A stretch of 64,000 nucleotides of DNA, taken from the IMG/VR virus record IMGVR_UViG_3300031787_000080; one strand, given 5' to 3'. The position numbers and the translations under genes are program-made. A model generated the notes under the pieces. It ran no database searches. It was given only the letters and a program-made list of their open reading frames with translations, and was not told the DNA's origin. This DNA is from an uncultured virus (IMG/VR IMGVR_UViG_3300031787_000080). Its lineage: Duplodnaviria; Heunggongvirae; Uroviricota; Caudoviricetes. This document shows positions 30,160 through 38,639 of this stretch, piece by piece (the stretch's first letter is position 1; every line of letters starts with the position of its first letter).

Positions 30160-30213
30160 AACCGATCAGTAAAAAATCCCCTGTTTTCGTGGGGGATTTT
30201 TGATAGATAAAGC

Positions 30214-30624
30214 ATGGCAACACGAGGCTGGGAGCCCACAGACTACAATCCGAACATTATTCGTGATGTTTCTAATCGAACCATTGAAGAATTTGAAAAC
30301 GATATTCGATTTTCTCGTGACTGGGGCTTCGTACAAAGTTATGGCCTTGAAAGAGCTACTCAGCTTCTGGGTCGAGCCCCAGATACCCGAGCAGTTGAAT
30401 TCTTTAATGAGTTCATGTCTCAGTATTCCCGAGCCGTCGAGCTTATGGAACAGCTAGGCATCAAAAAGAAGATTCTGAAAAAATTCAAGCGATATCCGAT
30501 TGCTCCTTGTCTTTATGCTGATTTGAATGAAGAATGTAATGATGTATTGACGGGATCGAAAATCGGTGGAATTCCTGACCAGCGCCAAGCTGGAAGTGCG
30601 CTGTCTTCAAGGCAATATTGTTAG
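30214..30624 (+). CDS. Hypothetical protein
   Basis: After palindromic promoter. Confidence 0.65.
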   Translation: MATRGWEPTDYNPNIIRDVSNRTIEEFENDIRFSRDWGFVQSYGLERATQLLGRAPDTRAVEFFNEFMSQYSRAVELMEQLGIKKKILKKFKRYPIAPCLYADLNEECNDVLTGSKIGGIPDQRQAGSALSSRQYC

Positions 30625-31339
30625 TCGCATCAAGGCAGCTTGGCCCAAGGATTCAAATGGTAAATATATGATATTCGTTGGCCAAATCAAAGTGCCTGGA
30701 CACATCGTCGCTCCCTGGGATTATATCATGGGCGAGAAAATAGACAAGTATGGAAATTATGATCGACCTCTTAATGGGTTTAGCCACGGGCAGAACATTT
30801 TTGAACAAGAGCATACTTATTTAATTTTTCGCAGTGCGCATGCACCAAATTTTGGAGACATGTTCGATTGTGCGATGGTGCATTCTCGCTTCGATGCCAA
30901 TGAATCGGTAAAGGAAGATAAATATATTGAGGCTGTGAAAAAAGCTATTCCGCAGTATCGCCGAAGCAACATGGAAGACAATTGTCCAATTTGGAGTGAT
31001 CGGTGTCACACGCTAACTGATTACCGAGTTAGCATGACGCTTGATTTAATTCGCGACTTTGAATGGGCAGGTGGGTTTGAAGGCAATGTATTTGATTACA
31101 TAGATTCGTGGAGAGAACACTTCGGTTCTTATGGCACAATTCAAATTTTTGGCGATCCAAGATCACAACAGACCCCACAGCGATTTGCTGAAACACGCAC
31201 TGTTTACCGTCCTCGAATGATGCGCCCGTGGCTTGGAATGACAGACCTAAAGCACGATTACACTTGGCAATATAATTTTTGTCACGAAGGTTTTCTGAGT
31301 GAATCAATTATGGGCAAAGTTGATGGAAGCTGTACCTAA
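30566..31339 (+). CDS. Hypothetical protein
   Basis: 257-aa ORF, start uncertain. Confidence 0.6.
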   Translation: MEFLTSAKLEVRCLQGNIVSRIKAAWPKDSNGKYMIFVGQIKVPGHIVAPWDYIMGEKIDKYGNYDRPLNGFSHGQNIFEQEHTYLIFRSAHAPNFGDMFDCAMVHSRFDANESVKEDKYIEAVKKAIPQYRRSNMEDNCPIWSDRCHTLTDYRVSMTLDLIRDFEWAGGFEGNVFDYIDSWREHFGSYGTIQIFGDPRSQQTPQRFAETRTVYRPRMMRPWLGMTDLKHDYTWQYNFCHEGFLSESIMGKVDGSCT

Positions 31340-31383
31340 TTAAAAATCCCCTGTTTTTCATGGGGGATTTTGATATATAAGGC

Positions 31384-31785
31384 ATGGCTGATTATTACAC
31401 CCATTTTTCCTTTGTCGTTGACGTTAAGAATCGTGAACAAGCAGACGGTTTGAAGAAAATGCTCACCCAGGCCAAAAATGAAGAGCTAAATGAAGAAACT
31501 TTGTACACTCCTTGGAGTTGTGAAACTAAGGACGATTTAACTAGCTTTTGGTTTCACTCTGATGATTGTGGTCAGGTTGATCTTATTGTTGACATTTTGG
31601 CTAAATGGCAAGAAGACTTCAATTACGATCAGCCCATTTGTTTTGAGTGGGCGAATACTTGTAGTAAGCCCAAACTGGATGCTTTTGGTGGTGGGTCAGT
31701 TCTGATTTACAAGGGCGAAGCTCATTACACGAACACTTTTGATTGGTTGACTAAAAAGAAAGCCGAACTTGGAATCGTTGACTGA
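31384..31785 (+). CDS. Hypothetical phage protein
   Basis: MADYYT.FS...WA.TCSKP.LD.FGGG. Confidence 0.75.
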   Translation: MADYYTHFSFVVDVKNREQADGLKKMLTQAKNEELNEETLYTPWSCETKDDLTSFWFHSDDCGQVDLIVDILAKWQEDFNYDQPICFEWANTCSKPKLDAFGGGSVLIYKGEAHYTNTFDWLTKKKAELGIVD

Positions 31786-31830
31786 CTAAAAAATCCCCTG
31801 TTTTTCAATAGGGGATTTGATATATCAATT

Positions 31831-31967
31831 GTGCCAAGAAGCACTTGAAGTGCAGTCTACGGATATGCCTTATTAGGGCATGTGATTACTGCGTAGGAAG
31901 GACAGGGTGTAATGAAGTACGGTCGCGACGAAAAGTTACATCGGGTTAAAATCCCAACTTGGCACCA
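31831..31967 (+). ncRNA. tRNA-like structured RNA ending in CCA
   Basis: GTGCCAAG/CTTGGCAC terminal stem, T-arm-like GGG TTAAAAT CCC, own promoter. Confidence 0.6.
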
Positions 31968-31989
31968 AATTGAAAAATGAGAATCTAAT

Positions 31990-32290
31990 CGGGGCGTGGC
32001 GAAATGGCAGACGCAGGGGACTTATAAAATGAGCACTTGTTTGTGAAAGCTGCAAGTGAATGCAATCAAATTCGGTGAAACCTTAACAGTTAGGCTGATG
32101 GCAATACCGAGCCAAGCTAACTCAAAACAGAGTTAGAAGGTGTAGAGACTAGATGGTTGCTGCCTAAGTCGAAAGATATGGCAAAGGTATAGTCCAGACC
32201 ACAAAATCCTTTGGGATCGTAGTGAAAGCTATAGTGGTATGAAAATCCCTTAGTAGCAATACTGTGTGGGTTCGAGTCCCACCGCCCCGA
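31990..32290 (+). tRNA. tRNA-Leu(TAA) interrupted by a group I intron
   Basis: Exons 31990-32013 and 32242-32290 join to give GGGGA-CT TAA AA-TCCCT arm, T arm and CGGGGCG/CGCCCCG acceptor. Confidence 0.92.
32014..32241 (+). mobile_element. Group I intron (228 nt, no ORF)
   Basis: Inserted after anticodon U, ends in G; core elements AAATTCGGTGAA (P), AATACCGAGC (Q), GTAGAGACTAGA (R), AGGTATAGTCCA (S). Confidence 0.9.
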
Positions 32291-32340
32291 TTAGGTTATA
32301 TATTGATTACTAATGCGCTTTGTGTGCTTTTAGTATAAGA

Positions 32341-32838
32341 ATGTTTGTGTCACGTTTGCAAAAATATACCCTAGAGGAGATAAAAGAAATAATATCTAAA
32401 TCAAAATCTTATGCTGAAGTAATTCGATCTATTGGTTTAATTCCTGCTGGTGGAAATTACAAAACATTGCAAAGTTTTGTACATGAATACCGAATTGATA
32501 CTTCGCATTTTCTGGGCTCAGCTTGGGGGCGAGGAAACCAATTGGATTATCTCCACAATAGCAATAGAAAATCATTAGAAGATGTTTTTTCGGGAAAAGT
32601 AGCTTATAAATCAAGCCATAAATTAAGGCTTCGGCTGATTAAAGAAGGATATTTTGAGCATAAATGCTATAAATGTGGACTAAAAGAGTGGCAAGGACAC
32701 GAAATACCCTTGGAATTAGAGCATATAAATGGAGATCATTGTGATAACAGTCTCGAAAACCTCATTATTCTTTGCCCCAACTGTCATGCTCAAACAGAAA
32801 CTTATGCTGGTAAAAACAAAAAAAGACGATTAGGTTAA
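32341..32838 (+). CDS. HNH homing endonuclease
   Basis: C..CG...W....PLELEHINGD..DN.LENL..LCPNCHAQT. Confidence 0.9.
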   Translation: MFVSRLQKYTLEEIKEIISKSKSYAEVIRSIGLIPAGGNYKTLQSFVHEYRIDTSHFLGSAWGRGNQLDYLHNSNRKSLEDVFSGKVAYKSSHKLRLRLIKEGYFEHKCYKCGLKEWQGHEIPLELEHINGDHCDNSLENLIILCPNCHAQTETYAGKNKKRRLG

Positions 32839-32878
32839 AAATCCCCTAAATTTTTCTTCAGATTTCGATAAATTAATT

Positions 32879-33127
32879 ATGATCGATGACAAAAGAACTT
32901 CAGAATGTGTTATTCTTCATATTGAAGTTGATGTTGAGTACCCTGAAGGAATGCATCTTGGGGTTGTTCTATCTGGTTTGCAAAACAATGCGAAAATTGC
33001 CATTACTGAACTTGATGACGATAGGGTCCAAATCACAGCAAATAGAATCACAGCAGTTGAACATTTTGTTACTGGAGAAATTTTAGAAGATTACCAGTGG
33101 AAAAAGAAAAAAGAATCTCCTCGATAA
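32879..33127 (+). CDS. Hypothetical protein
   Basis: After promoter variant. Confidence 0.6.
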   Translation: MIDDKRTSECVILHIEVDVEYPEGMHLGVVLSGLQNNAKIAITELDDDRVQITANRITAVEHFVTGEILEDYQWKKKKESPR

Positions 33128-33131
33128 ATGT

Positions 33132-33215
33132 GCCGCAGTGGTGGAATGGTAGACACGGCAAGCTCAAACCTTGCTGCCGAAAGGCGTGAAGGTTCGAATC
33201 CTTTTTGCGGCACCA
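33132..33215 (+). tRNA. tRNA-Leu(CAA)
   Basis: Full cloverleaf, long variable arm, CCA. Confidence 0.95.
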
Positions 33216-33283
33216 TATTTTCACATATGCATGACTATGTGAAAAATCCCCTGTTTTCTCTTTCTTGATCGGATATATAAATC

Positions 33284-33913
33284 ATGTTTAATATGAATGT
33301 GATTCTTTTCAAGAACAATTCTATCGAAGAAAATTATCTTTTCTCTGGTGAAAATTCTGAAGATGTTGCGAAAAAGGCAGAAAGCAAAATGATTGAAATT
33401 CTTCGTTCAGAAATGTCTAACTTTGACGAATACACGTCGGAAGATATTGACAACATTTTGGAAGATGGATATGAATCCTTTGGAAATGGAGCGGTTTTTA
33501 TTACGTGGCCTGACATTGTTGATGTTGATAAGGAGATTGATTCGGAAAATAATTTTGTTTTTCGTGGCACTATTGAATACTCCATCCCGCACATTGATTC
33601 AGAAGTAGTTCGCCTGTGCGCCGCACTAAATGAGCCCATTGAAGTTGGTCTACAGTGGGAATCACATTATCGCAATGGTAATGGCTACGCTGTCCGCGTT
33701 AATGCAGATATCTACTCAGTTGATGAAGAACTTGCTGCCGAGGAATTTAGTGATTATTGGGATTCAGGATGCGATGATGAAATTCGCTATTCTGGGGACT
33801 ACAATTGGTCCCTTTTGGGCAAAGACTATAAAGAGGCCATCAGTATTCTCCAAAAGTATGTTGATGAGCAAAAGCGTCGTTACCCAGGCTACGATATTAG
33901 AATTAGCAAATAA
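33284..33913 (+). CDS. Hypothetical acidic protein
   Basis: After promoter; C-terminus related to 23074. Confidence 0.7.
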   Translation: MFNMNVILFKNNSIEENYLFSGENSEDVAKKAESKMIEILRSEMSNFDEYTSEDIDNILEDGYESFGNGAVFITWPDIVDVDKEIDSENNFVFRGTIEYSIPHIDSEVVRLCAALNEPIEVGLQWESHYRNGNGYAVRVNADIYSVDEELAAEEFSDYWDSGCDDEIRYSGDYNWSLLGKDYKEAISILQKYVDEQKRRYPGYDIRISK

Positions 33914-33950
33914 TCCCCTGTTTTCTCTTTCTTGATCGAATATATAAATC

Positions 33951-34373
33951 ATGACAATTGACGGAAAGTTGCTTAAAAGACTAATGTGTAGCAACGAGGC
34001 TTTTGATATTTTGGGTGACATCGTAAGTTGGAATTCTGGAGGTTGCTGGATTCTTGCCGAAGCTCTGCGCCGATTCATTGGCGATCAGGCTACTATCGTG
34101 GCCATCGCTGATGATCGCTGCCAACACCAACATATTGTCGTGAAAGTGGGGAATTTGTATTATGACGCCGACGGAGAGTCGAACGAAGGGCGTCTGCTGC
34201 ATCGCTGGATGGATTATGAACGACTCCGTAATCCTCGAATCGTAGGTTTTGATCCAGAACTGGCCGCTGATTTAGAAATTCCTTGCGAAGAAGAACTTGT
34301 AACGCAAGTCTATAACTTGCTGAACTCGCGTCTGAAAAATCCCCTTTTTTCACAATCGGGAGCGCATATATAA
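33951..34373 (+). CDS. Hypothetical protein (GGC..LA.AL...H.....YDADG)
   Basis: After promoter; possible Cys-His-Asp triad. Confidence 0.7.
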   Translation: MTIDGKLLKRLMCSNEAFDILGDIVSWNSGGCWILAEALRRFIGDQATIVAIADDRCQHQHIVVKVGNLYYDADGESNEGRLLHRWMDYERLRNPRIVGFDPELAADLEIPCEEELVTQVYNLLNSRLKNPLFSQSGAHI

Positions 34374-34376
34374 ATC

Positions 34377-34583
34377 ATGGACCCATTTCTTTTTTATTCT
34401 ACCTATTTTATCTTGGGACTTGGTTTTATGTTCGCATTGATGGCAATCGGAGCGCATCACTATACCAATGGCCCATCTCGTGAACAAGAACAAAAACAAA
34501 GAATCAAGTTTATTATTCTATCAGTGCTTTTAATAGCTAGTGCAATTTTTCTGGGCCGTTATGCTGCGGGTCTGCTTTTTTGA
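34377..34583 (+). CDS. Small two-TM membrane protein
   Basis: Two hydrophobic segments. Confidence 0.65.
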   Translation: MDPFLFYSTYFILGLGFMFALMAIGAHHYTNGPSREQEQKQRIKFIILSVLLIASAIFLGRYAAGLLF

Positions 34584-34649
34584 TTTCATTCTCTTGAAAT
34601 GGTTTTAAAAAATCCCCTTTTTTCAGAAAACCAAATCAATATAAAAAAT

Positions 34650-34970
34650 ATGCGAATTCGACCGCAATCCGACCCGAACAAGGAATATCTCATCGACTTT
34701 TACTACCCGTATGGGAAGCAAGGACACAAGAAGAAGGGCACCAAGACTGTCTGCACTATCTCTGTCGGCCCTGTGGGTAGTCTCGACAAGGACAAGACCG
34801 AAGTCTCGACCACTACCGTTCGCCGACATAGTACCGATCAGGACAATCTTGTCGTAGCTCGTAATTATGCACTGGCCAAGGCCCTATCCCCGATTGAAGC
34901 TAGTGTCCGACAAGAGATTTGGGAACAGGCTCCGATTCGACGAGCAGACATTTCCCTGGAACTCGACTAA
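34650..34970 (+). CDS. Hypothetical protein
   Basis: ATG after promoter. Confidence 0.7.
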   Translation: MRIRPQSDPNKEYLIDFYYPYGKQGHKKKGTKTVCTISVGPVGSLDKDKTEVSTTTVRRHSTDQDNLVVARNYALAKALSPIEASVRQEIWEQAPIRRADISLELD

Positions 34971-34982
34971 ACTCCAAAAACA

Positions 34983-35018
34983 TTCTCATTGAGGGAGAAT
35001 TTAATCCCTCAATGAGAA
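34983..35018. terminator. Perfect 14-bp inverted repeat hairpin
   Basis: TTCTCATTGAGGGA/TCCCTCAATGAGAA followed by A-run. Confidence 0.6.
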
Positions 35019-35097
35019 AAAACAAAAAACTGCTAACAAAAAGCAGGTGATCGTCGTATAATAAGAGAAGAAACTGAAAAGCACAAAGAGCTATATT

Positions 35098-35220
35098 ATG
35101 AATCATCTCTTATCGACGACAATATGTGGAACAACAGGAACCTCAACAAGAGGAATCCTTTCCCTTGGCGTTATCGGCAAGGATAGTGATTCTGATTCAG
35201 GAGAACCCATCGAATCGTAG
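35098..35220 (+). CDS. Ser/Thr/Gly-rich leader peptide (40 aa, putative attenuator)
   Basis: MNHLLSTTICGTTGTSTRGILSLGVIGKDSDSDSGEPIES; followed by terminator and tRNA-Gly/Ser/Thr. Confidence 0.78.
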   Translation: MNHLLSTTICGTTGTSTRGILSLGVIGKDSDSDSGEPIES

Positions 35221-35240
35221 CTTTACTGTGATTACAGAAC

Positions 35241-35281
35241 AAAGAGGCTCGATTCGATAAGATCGAGCCTCTTTTCTTTTT
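35241..35281 (+). terminator. Intrinsic terminator (attenuator) upstream of tRNA-Gly/Ser/Thr
   Basis: AAAGAGGCTCGAT/ATCGAGCCTCTTT stem plus TCTTTTT. Confidence 0.88.
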
Positions 35282-35410
35282 AGATATGATGTCTGGGAAG
35301 AGAAAGATCGAATATTGAAAATTTCATACAGGTATAGATATAAAAGTGTTAGGGGGTGTTGGATCGATCTTTGATCGCAGGCCTCACCCCCTTGATCGAG
35401 ACACATTTTC

Positions 35411-35484
35411 GCGAGATTGGTATATGGGTTGTGCCCTAGCCTTCCAAGCTAGAGAAAAGGGTTCGAATCCCTTATCTCGCTCCA
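35411..35484 (+). tRNA. tRNA-Gly(TCC)
   Basis: Cloverleaf, CTAGC-CT TCC AA-GCTAG, U73, CCA. Confidence 0.93.
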
Positions 35485-35535
35485 ATTTAAGACACATTTC
35501 TTTGTGCTGCCAATGGGCAGCTTTCAAAAGAAAAC

Positions 35536-35622
35536 GGATGGGTGACAGAGCGATCTATTGTAGCGGTCTTGAAAACCGCCGTGCCAAAAGCACCGTGGGT
35601 TTGAATCCCACCCCATCCTCCA
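35536..35622 (+). tRNA. tRNA-Ser(TGA)
   Basis: Cloverleaf, long variable arm, CCA. Confidence 0.93.
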
Positions 35623-35720
35623 TTTTGTAACAAAATCATAAAATTCAAAGCAGGTGTAGCTCAGTGGTAGAGCGCCCGCCGCGAAGGTTGATGGTTGCAA
35701 TATCGATAAATAGATTATGT

Positions 35721-36137
35721 ATGGCAATAACAAAATACAAAGGAGCCGTCGGGCTAACTAATGTAATGGCCTGTCTTGTCAATCAAAAAGCAAAAATCTT
35801 TGTTCCAATAGACGAAGACTGTCAATATGACCTGGTGGTAGATTATCAAAATTATCTTTACAGAGTGCAAGTTAAATATGCTGAGGCAAAAAATGGCAAG
35901 ATCGTTGTAAAGACGCGCTCAACGAATAACTATTGTGAAATTCGTTATACTAAAGATCATTTTGACGTGATTGCTGTTTGGGACAATGTTGGCAAAAAAG
36001 CATATTTTATTTCATCGAATTTAATCACAGAAGGAATGACGGAAATGACCTTGAGATTAGATGCACCAAAAAACAATCAAACTAAAAACATAAGATTGGC
36101 TCGTAATTATGAGCAATTTAATGCTGCGGTCGCATAG
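35721..36137 (+). CDS. PD-(D/E)XK endonuclease, I-Ssp6803I/group I intron-associated type
   Basis: KG..G, P......YDLVVD......RVQVK, Y....FD..AVW, LR...PKNNQ...IR.A..Y. Confidence 0.85.
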   Translation: MAITKYKGAVGLTNVMACLVNQKAKIFVPIDEDCQYDLVVDYQNYLYRVQVKYAEAKNGKIVVKTRSTNNYCEIRYTKDHFDVIAVWDNVGKKAYFISSNLITEGMTEMTLRLDAPKNNQTKNIRLARNYEQFNAAVA

Positions 36138-36205
36138 TGGTCGATTGCACCTCTCTTGTAAAGAGGAACTCCACACCGTGGGTTCGAATCCCACCCGTAG
36201 CTCCA
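36123..36205 (+). tRNA. tRNA-Thr(TGT)
   Basis: GCTGCGG/CCGTAGC, CCTCT-CT TGT AA-AGAGG, CCA; 11-nt variable region. Confidence 0.9.
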
Positions 36206-36320
36206 TTTTTCGCACATATGTGTCAGGGGTTCGAATCCCCTCTCCTGCTTTGAGTTGAGTGATGATATCCGATCATAAAAAATCCCCCTTTTTCTCAATA
36301 GTGATCGGATATATAAAGTA

Positions 36321-36917
36321 TTGCTGTGAGCTAAATCAATTGACACAGCATGATGAAACCAAAATCATCTAAAAACAATAAGGTGCTCCATATACGTCTG
36401 GGAAAGATAAATTAGACGTGGACACACTGTGATGTGGACTAATCACAGCGCACTGGGGCATGTGTGCAAGCCCGAAAAGCCTATCTTTACTGATATAGTT
36501 AAAGAGAAAGAGCAGAGAGTTAAGGCTTAAAATAAACTCCATGCGTTCGTAAGGATGAACTCAAAGACGAGTTCAGTTATGACTAGGATACGAGAGGAGG
36601 GAGGCAATGAGTTTCTCTCCTCTCCCCGACAAAGCGATTTCCGACTGCTCATCGGAGAAGTGATCTAGTAAAACACTCAGAAAAACACTAGCGTAGGAAA
36701 TGCGTTAATCCCTGATTTTTTATCGGTTTTTAGAGACAAAAAACTGTTCGTATAGGGCTTGCGGTAAGCCTCTTGTTTTAGCTAGGTGATCCTGTATGTA
36801 AAAACCAAGCGGATGGAACAAATCAATTTGTTTTCGCGAGCAAATGATCCATTGACTTTGGGGAACAGCGTAAGAACGTTTCGCCATGAGGCTTTGAGCA
36901 AAGTCTCGTTCCCCAAA
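36321..36917 (+). ncRNA. Large (~600 nt) structured non-coding RNA candidate
   Basis: Own promoter, no plus-strand ORF of 60 aa or more, more than ten hairpins, abuts tRNA-Asp. Confidence 0.7.
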
Positions 36918-36931
36918 AATAAAAAGATTCT

Positions 36932-37008
36932 GGGTATGTAGTTCAGTTGGTTAGAGCACCTGCCTGTCACGCAGGAAGTCGCGAGTTCAAGTCTCGTCAT
37001 ATCCGCCA
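36932..37008 (+). tRNA. tRNA-Asp(GTC)
   Basis: Canonical cloverleaf, G73, CCA. Confidence 0.95.
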
Positions 37009-37028
37009 AAATTTCCAAAGGAGACAAA

Positions 37029-37244
37029 ATGAATAGACAAATAGAAAGCCTCGATCATCTGGTGTCTCTTGGGCTACTGACATCATATGAGTTTGTAAAC
37101 GTGTCAGCCAATAACATTGAGGGCGAGATTTCAGAACATCATAATTCTGATCGATTGAAACTCATATTCCCGAATGGGTTGGAAGTGAAGATCACTGCGA
37201 TCACAACAGGCATGGAAGAAGATGCTCTTTTGAGATTGGAATAA
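37029..37244 (+). CDS. Hypothetical protein
   Basis: AAGGAG SD. Confidence 0.7.
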   Translation: MNRQIESLDHLVSLGLLTSYEFVNVSANNIEGEISEHHNSDRLKLIFPNGLEVKITAITTGMEEDALLRLE

Positions 37245-37284
37245 AAATCCCCCATTTTCAGAAGAGTGATCGGATATAAGAAGT

Positions 37285-37542
37285 ATGGAAGCAAAGATTT
37301 ATCGCCAGGCTCATCCCCAGGATGAAAATCGTCTTTCTGTTGCCGCTGATATTTTTGCACGGCGGCACCGCCTTGAGATTTCTCACCACAGCGATTTGAA
37401 CTACACTGATCTAACTGGGGCAAACAATTTGGCTTTCCTTTGGGAACGCGCAAAGTGCCGAGCATTACTTATGCCCTTGAAGATCAGTGAAAAGCATCAA
37501 ATTTGGCTTGAGAACGACAAAATTGTTCTGACTCCTTACTGA
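37285..37542 (+). CDS. Hypothetical protein
   Basis: After promoter. Confidence 0.65.
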   Translation: MEAKIYRQAHPQDENRLSVAADIFARRHRLEISHHSDLNYTDLTGANNLAFLWERAKCRALLMPLKISEKHQIWLENDKIVLTPY

Positions 37543-37592
37543 CAATGGTCCCGCTTGGGAACACTATCGGCAAGACCAATCGTAGAACAAGT

Positions 37593-37883
37593 ATGAATAG
37601 TTCAGACAACATTCTTCAGGAACAAGAAATCGAAAGAATTCTCACGTCATTTATCCAATCGCGAAATCGACAAGAAAGAGAATGCTCATTGGAGGAATGC
37701 CAAGGGATTATTAATTGGGCAGCTGAAGTTATTGTGAATTACACAGCCTTGCAGCTTTTATTAAAAGGTCATGCGGAAATCGAAGATTTTGATGGTGATG
37801 ATGTTCGTCTCACCACTCCCGAAAACATTCAGTTTCATACTCCGCTGATGAATCAAATCGCGAGGCAAATTGAAGAACTTTAA
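37593..37883 (+). CDS. Hypothetical protein
   Basis: ORF in gene run, start uncertain. Confidence 0.6.
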   Translation: MNSSDNILQEQEIERILTSFIQSRNRQERECSLEECQGIINWAAEVIVNYTALQLLLKGHAEIEDFDGDDVRLTTPENIQFHTPLMNQIARQIEEL

Positions 37884-38080
37884 TAATTGATTTTCCAACG
37901 AAGCACCTTGGCAAGAGCTTTTTCTAACAGTTTTGGCTCCATGCCAAGAAGGACACGTGCCCTGAAACCACGTGTTAATGCTGAAAATATGGGGACAATC
38001 GGGAGAGACCGATAAAAAATCCCTCTTTTTTGGGGAATGAAATTCATATAAGAAATGTGAAGTGAAAGAAAAGTAAAAAG

Positions 38081-38221
38081 TTCGCCCGAATTAAATATCG
38101 GAACAATCCTTTCCTGAAGAGGTTTAGCACTAATTAGGATTAAAGACACTTGGAGTGGGAACTCTGTTTGAAAGAAGTAACATATACCCCGCAATGGTAA
38201 CAGACCTACCACCGAGGCGAA
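38081..38221 (+). ncRNA. Structured RNA candidate, family X copy 1
   Basis: Ends identical to 62331-62493; TTCGCC/GGCGAA closing stem. Confidence 0.65.
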
Positions 38222-38439
38222 AAATTGCTAGATAAATGGAAATCTAGCTCAACGAGCACAGACACCTTGTAGCTAAAAGCGTCGCATGTGAGAGCCATTG
38301 CGGAAGTGGTGTGACAATCGGGAGAGACCGATAAAAAATCCCCTTTTTTCGAGGGATAAAACAATATAAAAGATATCAGTGCAGTGCGGAGTGATAGCTA
38401 CACGAAGCACCTGGAAAAGCTAACCAGAGACACTGTGAT

Positions 38440-38524
38440 GCTACGGTGGTGTATAGAGCACAGCAGAACGAATTGACCTCGGTCATGCAGGGACGCAGGA
38501 GGCGACTTCGCTCGCCCCGTAGCT
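38440..38524 (+). ncRNA. tRNA-like element without a recognisable anticodon arm
   Basis: GCTACGG/CCGTAGC 7-bp stem plus GGCGA/TCGCC T-like arm. Confidence 0.5.
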
Positions 38525-38534
38525 ATAATTTTTC

Positions 38535-38622
38535 GGAGAGTAAACCAGTCAAGGATTGGGGCATCCTGGAAAGATGATCGGATGTGCGAACATCTACGGG
38601 GCAGGTCCGTTGCTCTCCTCCA
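38535..38622 (+). tRNA. tRNA-Ser(GGA), 8/4 structure
   Basis: GGAGAGTA/TGCTCTCC 8 bp, ACGG/CCGT 4-bp T stem, 6-bp D stem, CT GGA AA loop, CCA. Confidence 0.8.
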
Positions 38623-38639
38623 TTTTCATTCAAAAGAAC

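Larger units (their letters stand above)
35650..36249 (+). pseudogene. Split tRNA (Gly-like): 5' half ~35650-35693, 3' half ~36221-36249
   Basis: GCAGGTG TAGCTCAGTGGTAGAGC pairs with AGGGG TTCGAAT CCCCT CTCCTGC T ~530 nt away; anticodon arm degenerate. Confidence 0.65.

Noticed and set aside
31831..31967. tmRNA
   Set aside because: Too short, and lacks a G3:U70 acceptor and a tag reading frame.
35346..35733. ORFs overlapping the tRNA genes (also 29475, 38582-38938, 55621, 56586)
   Set aside because: They are translations of tRNA sequence.
35694..36220. Group I intron around the PD-(D/E)XK gene
   Set aside because: No P/Q/R/S core and too little non-coding sequence.
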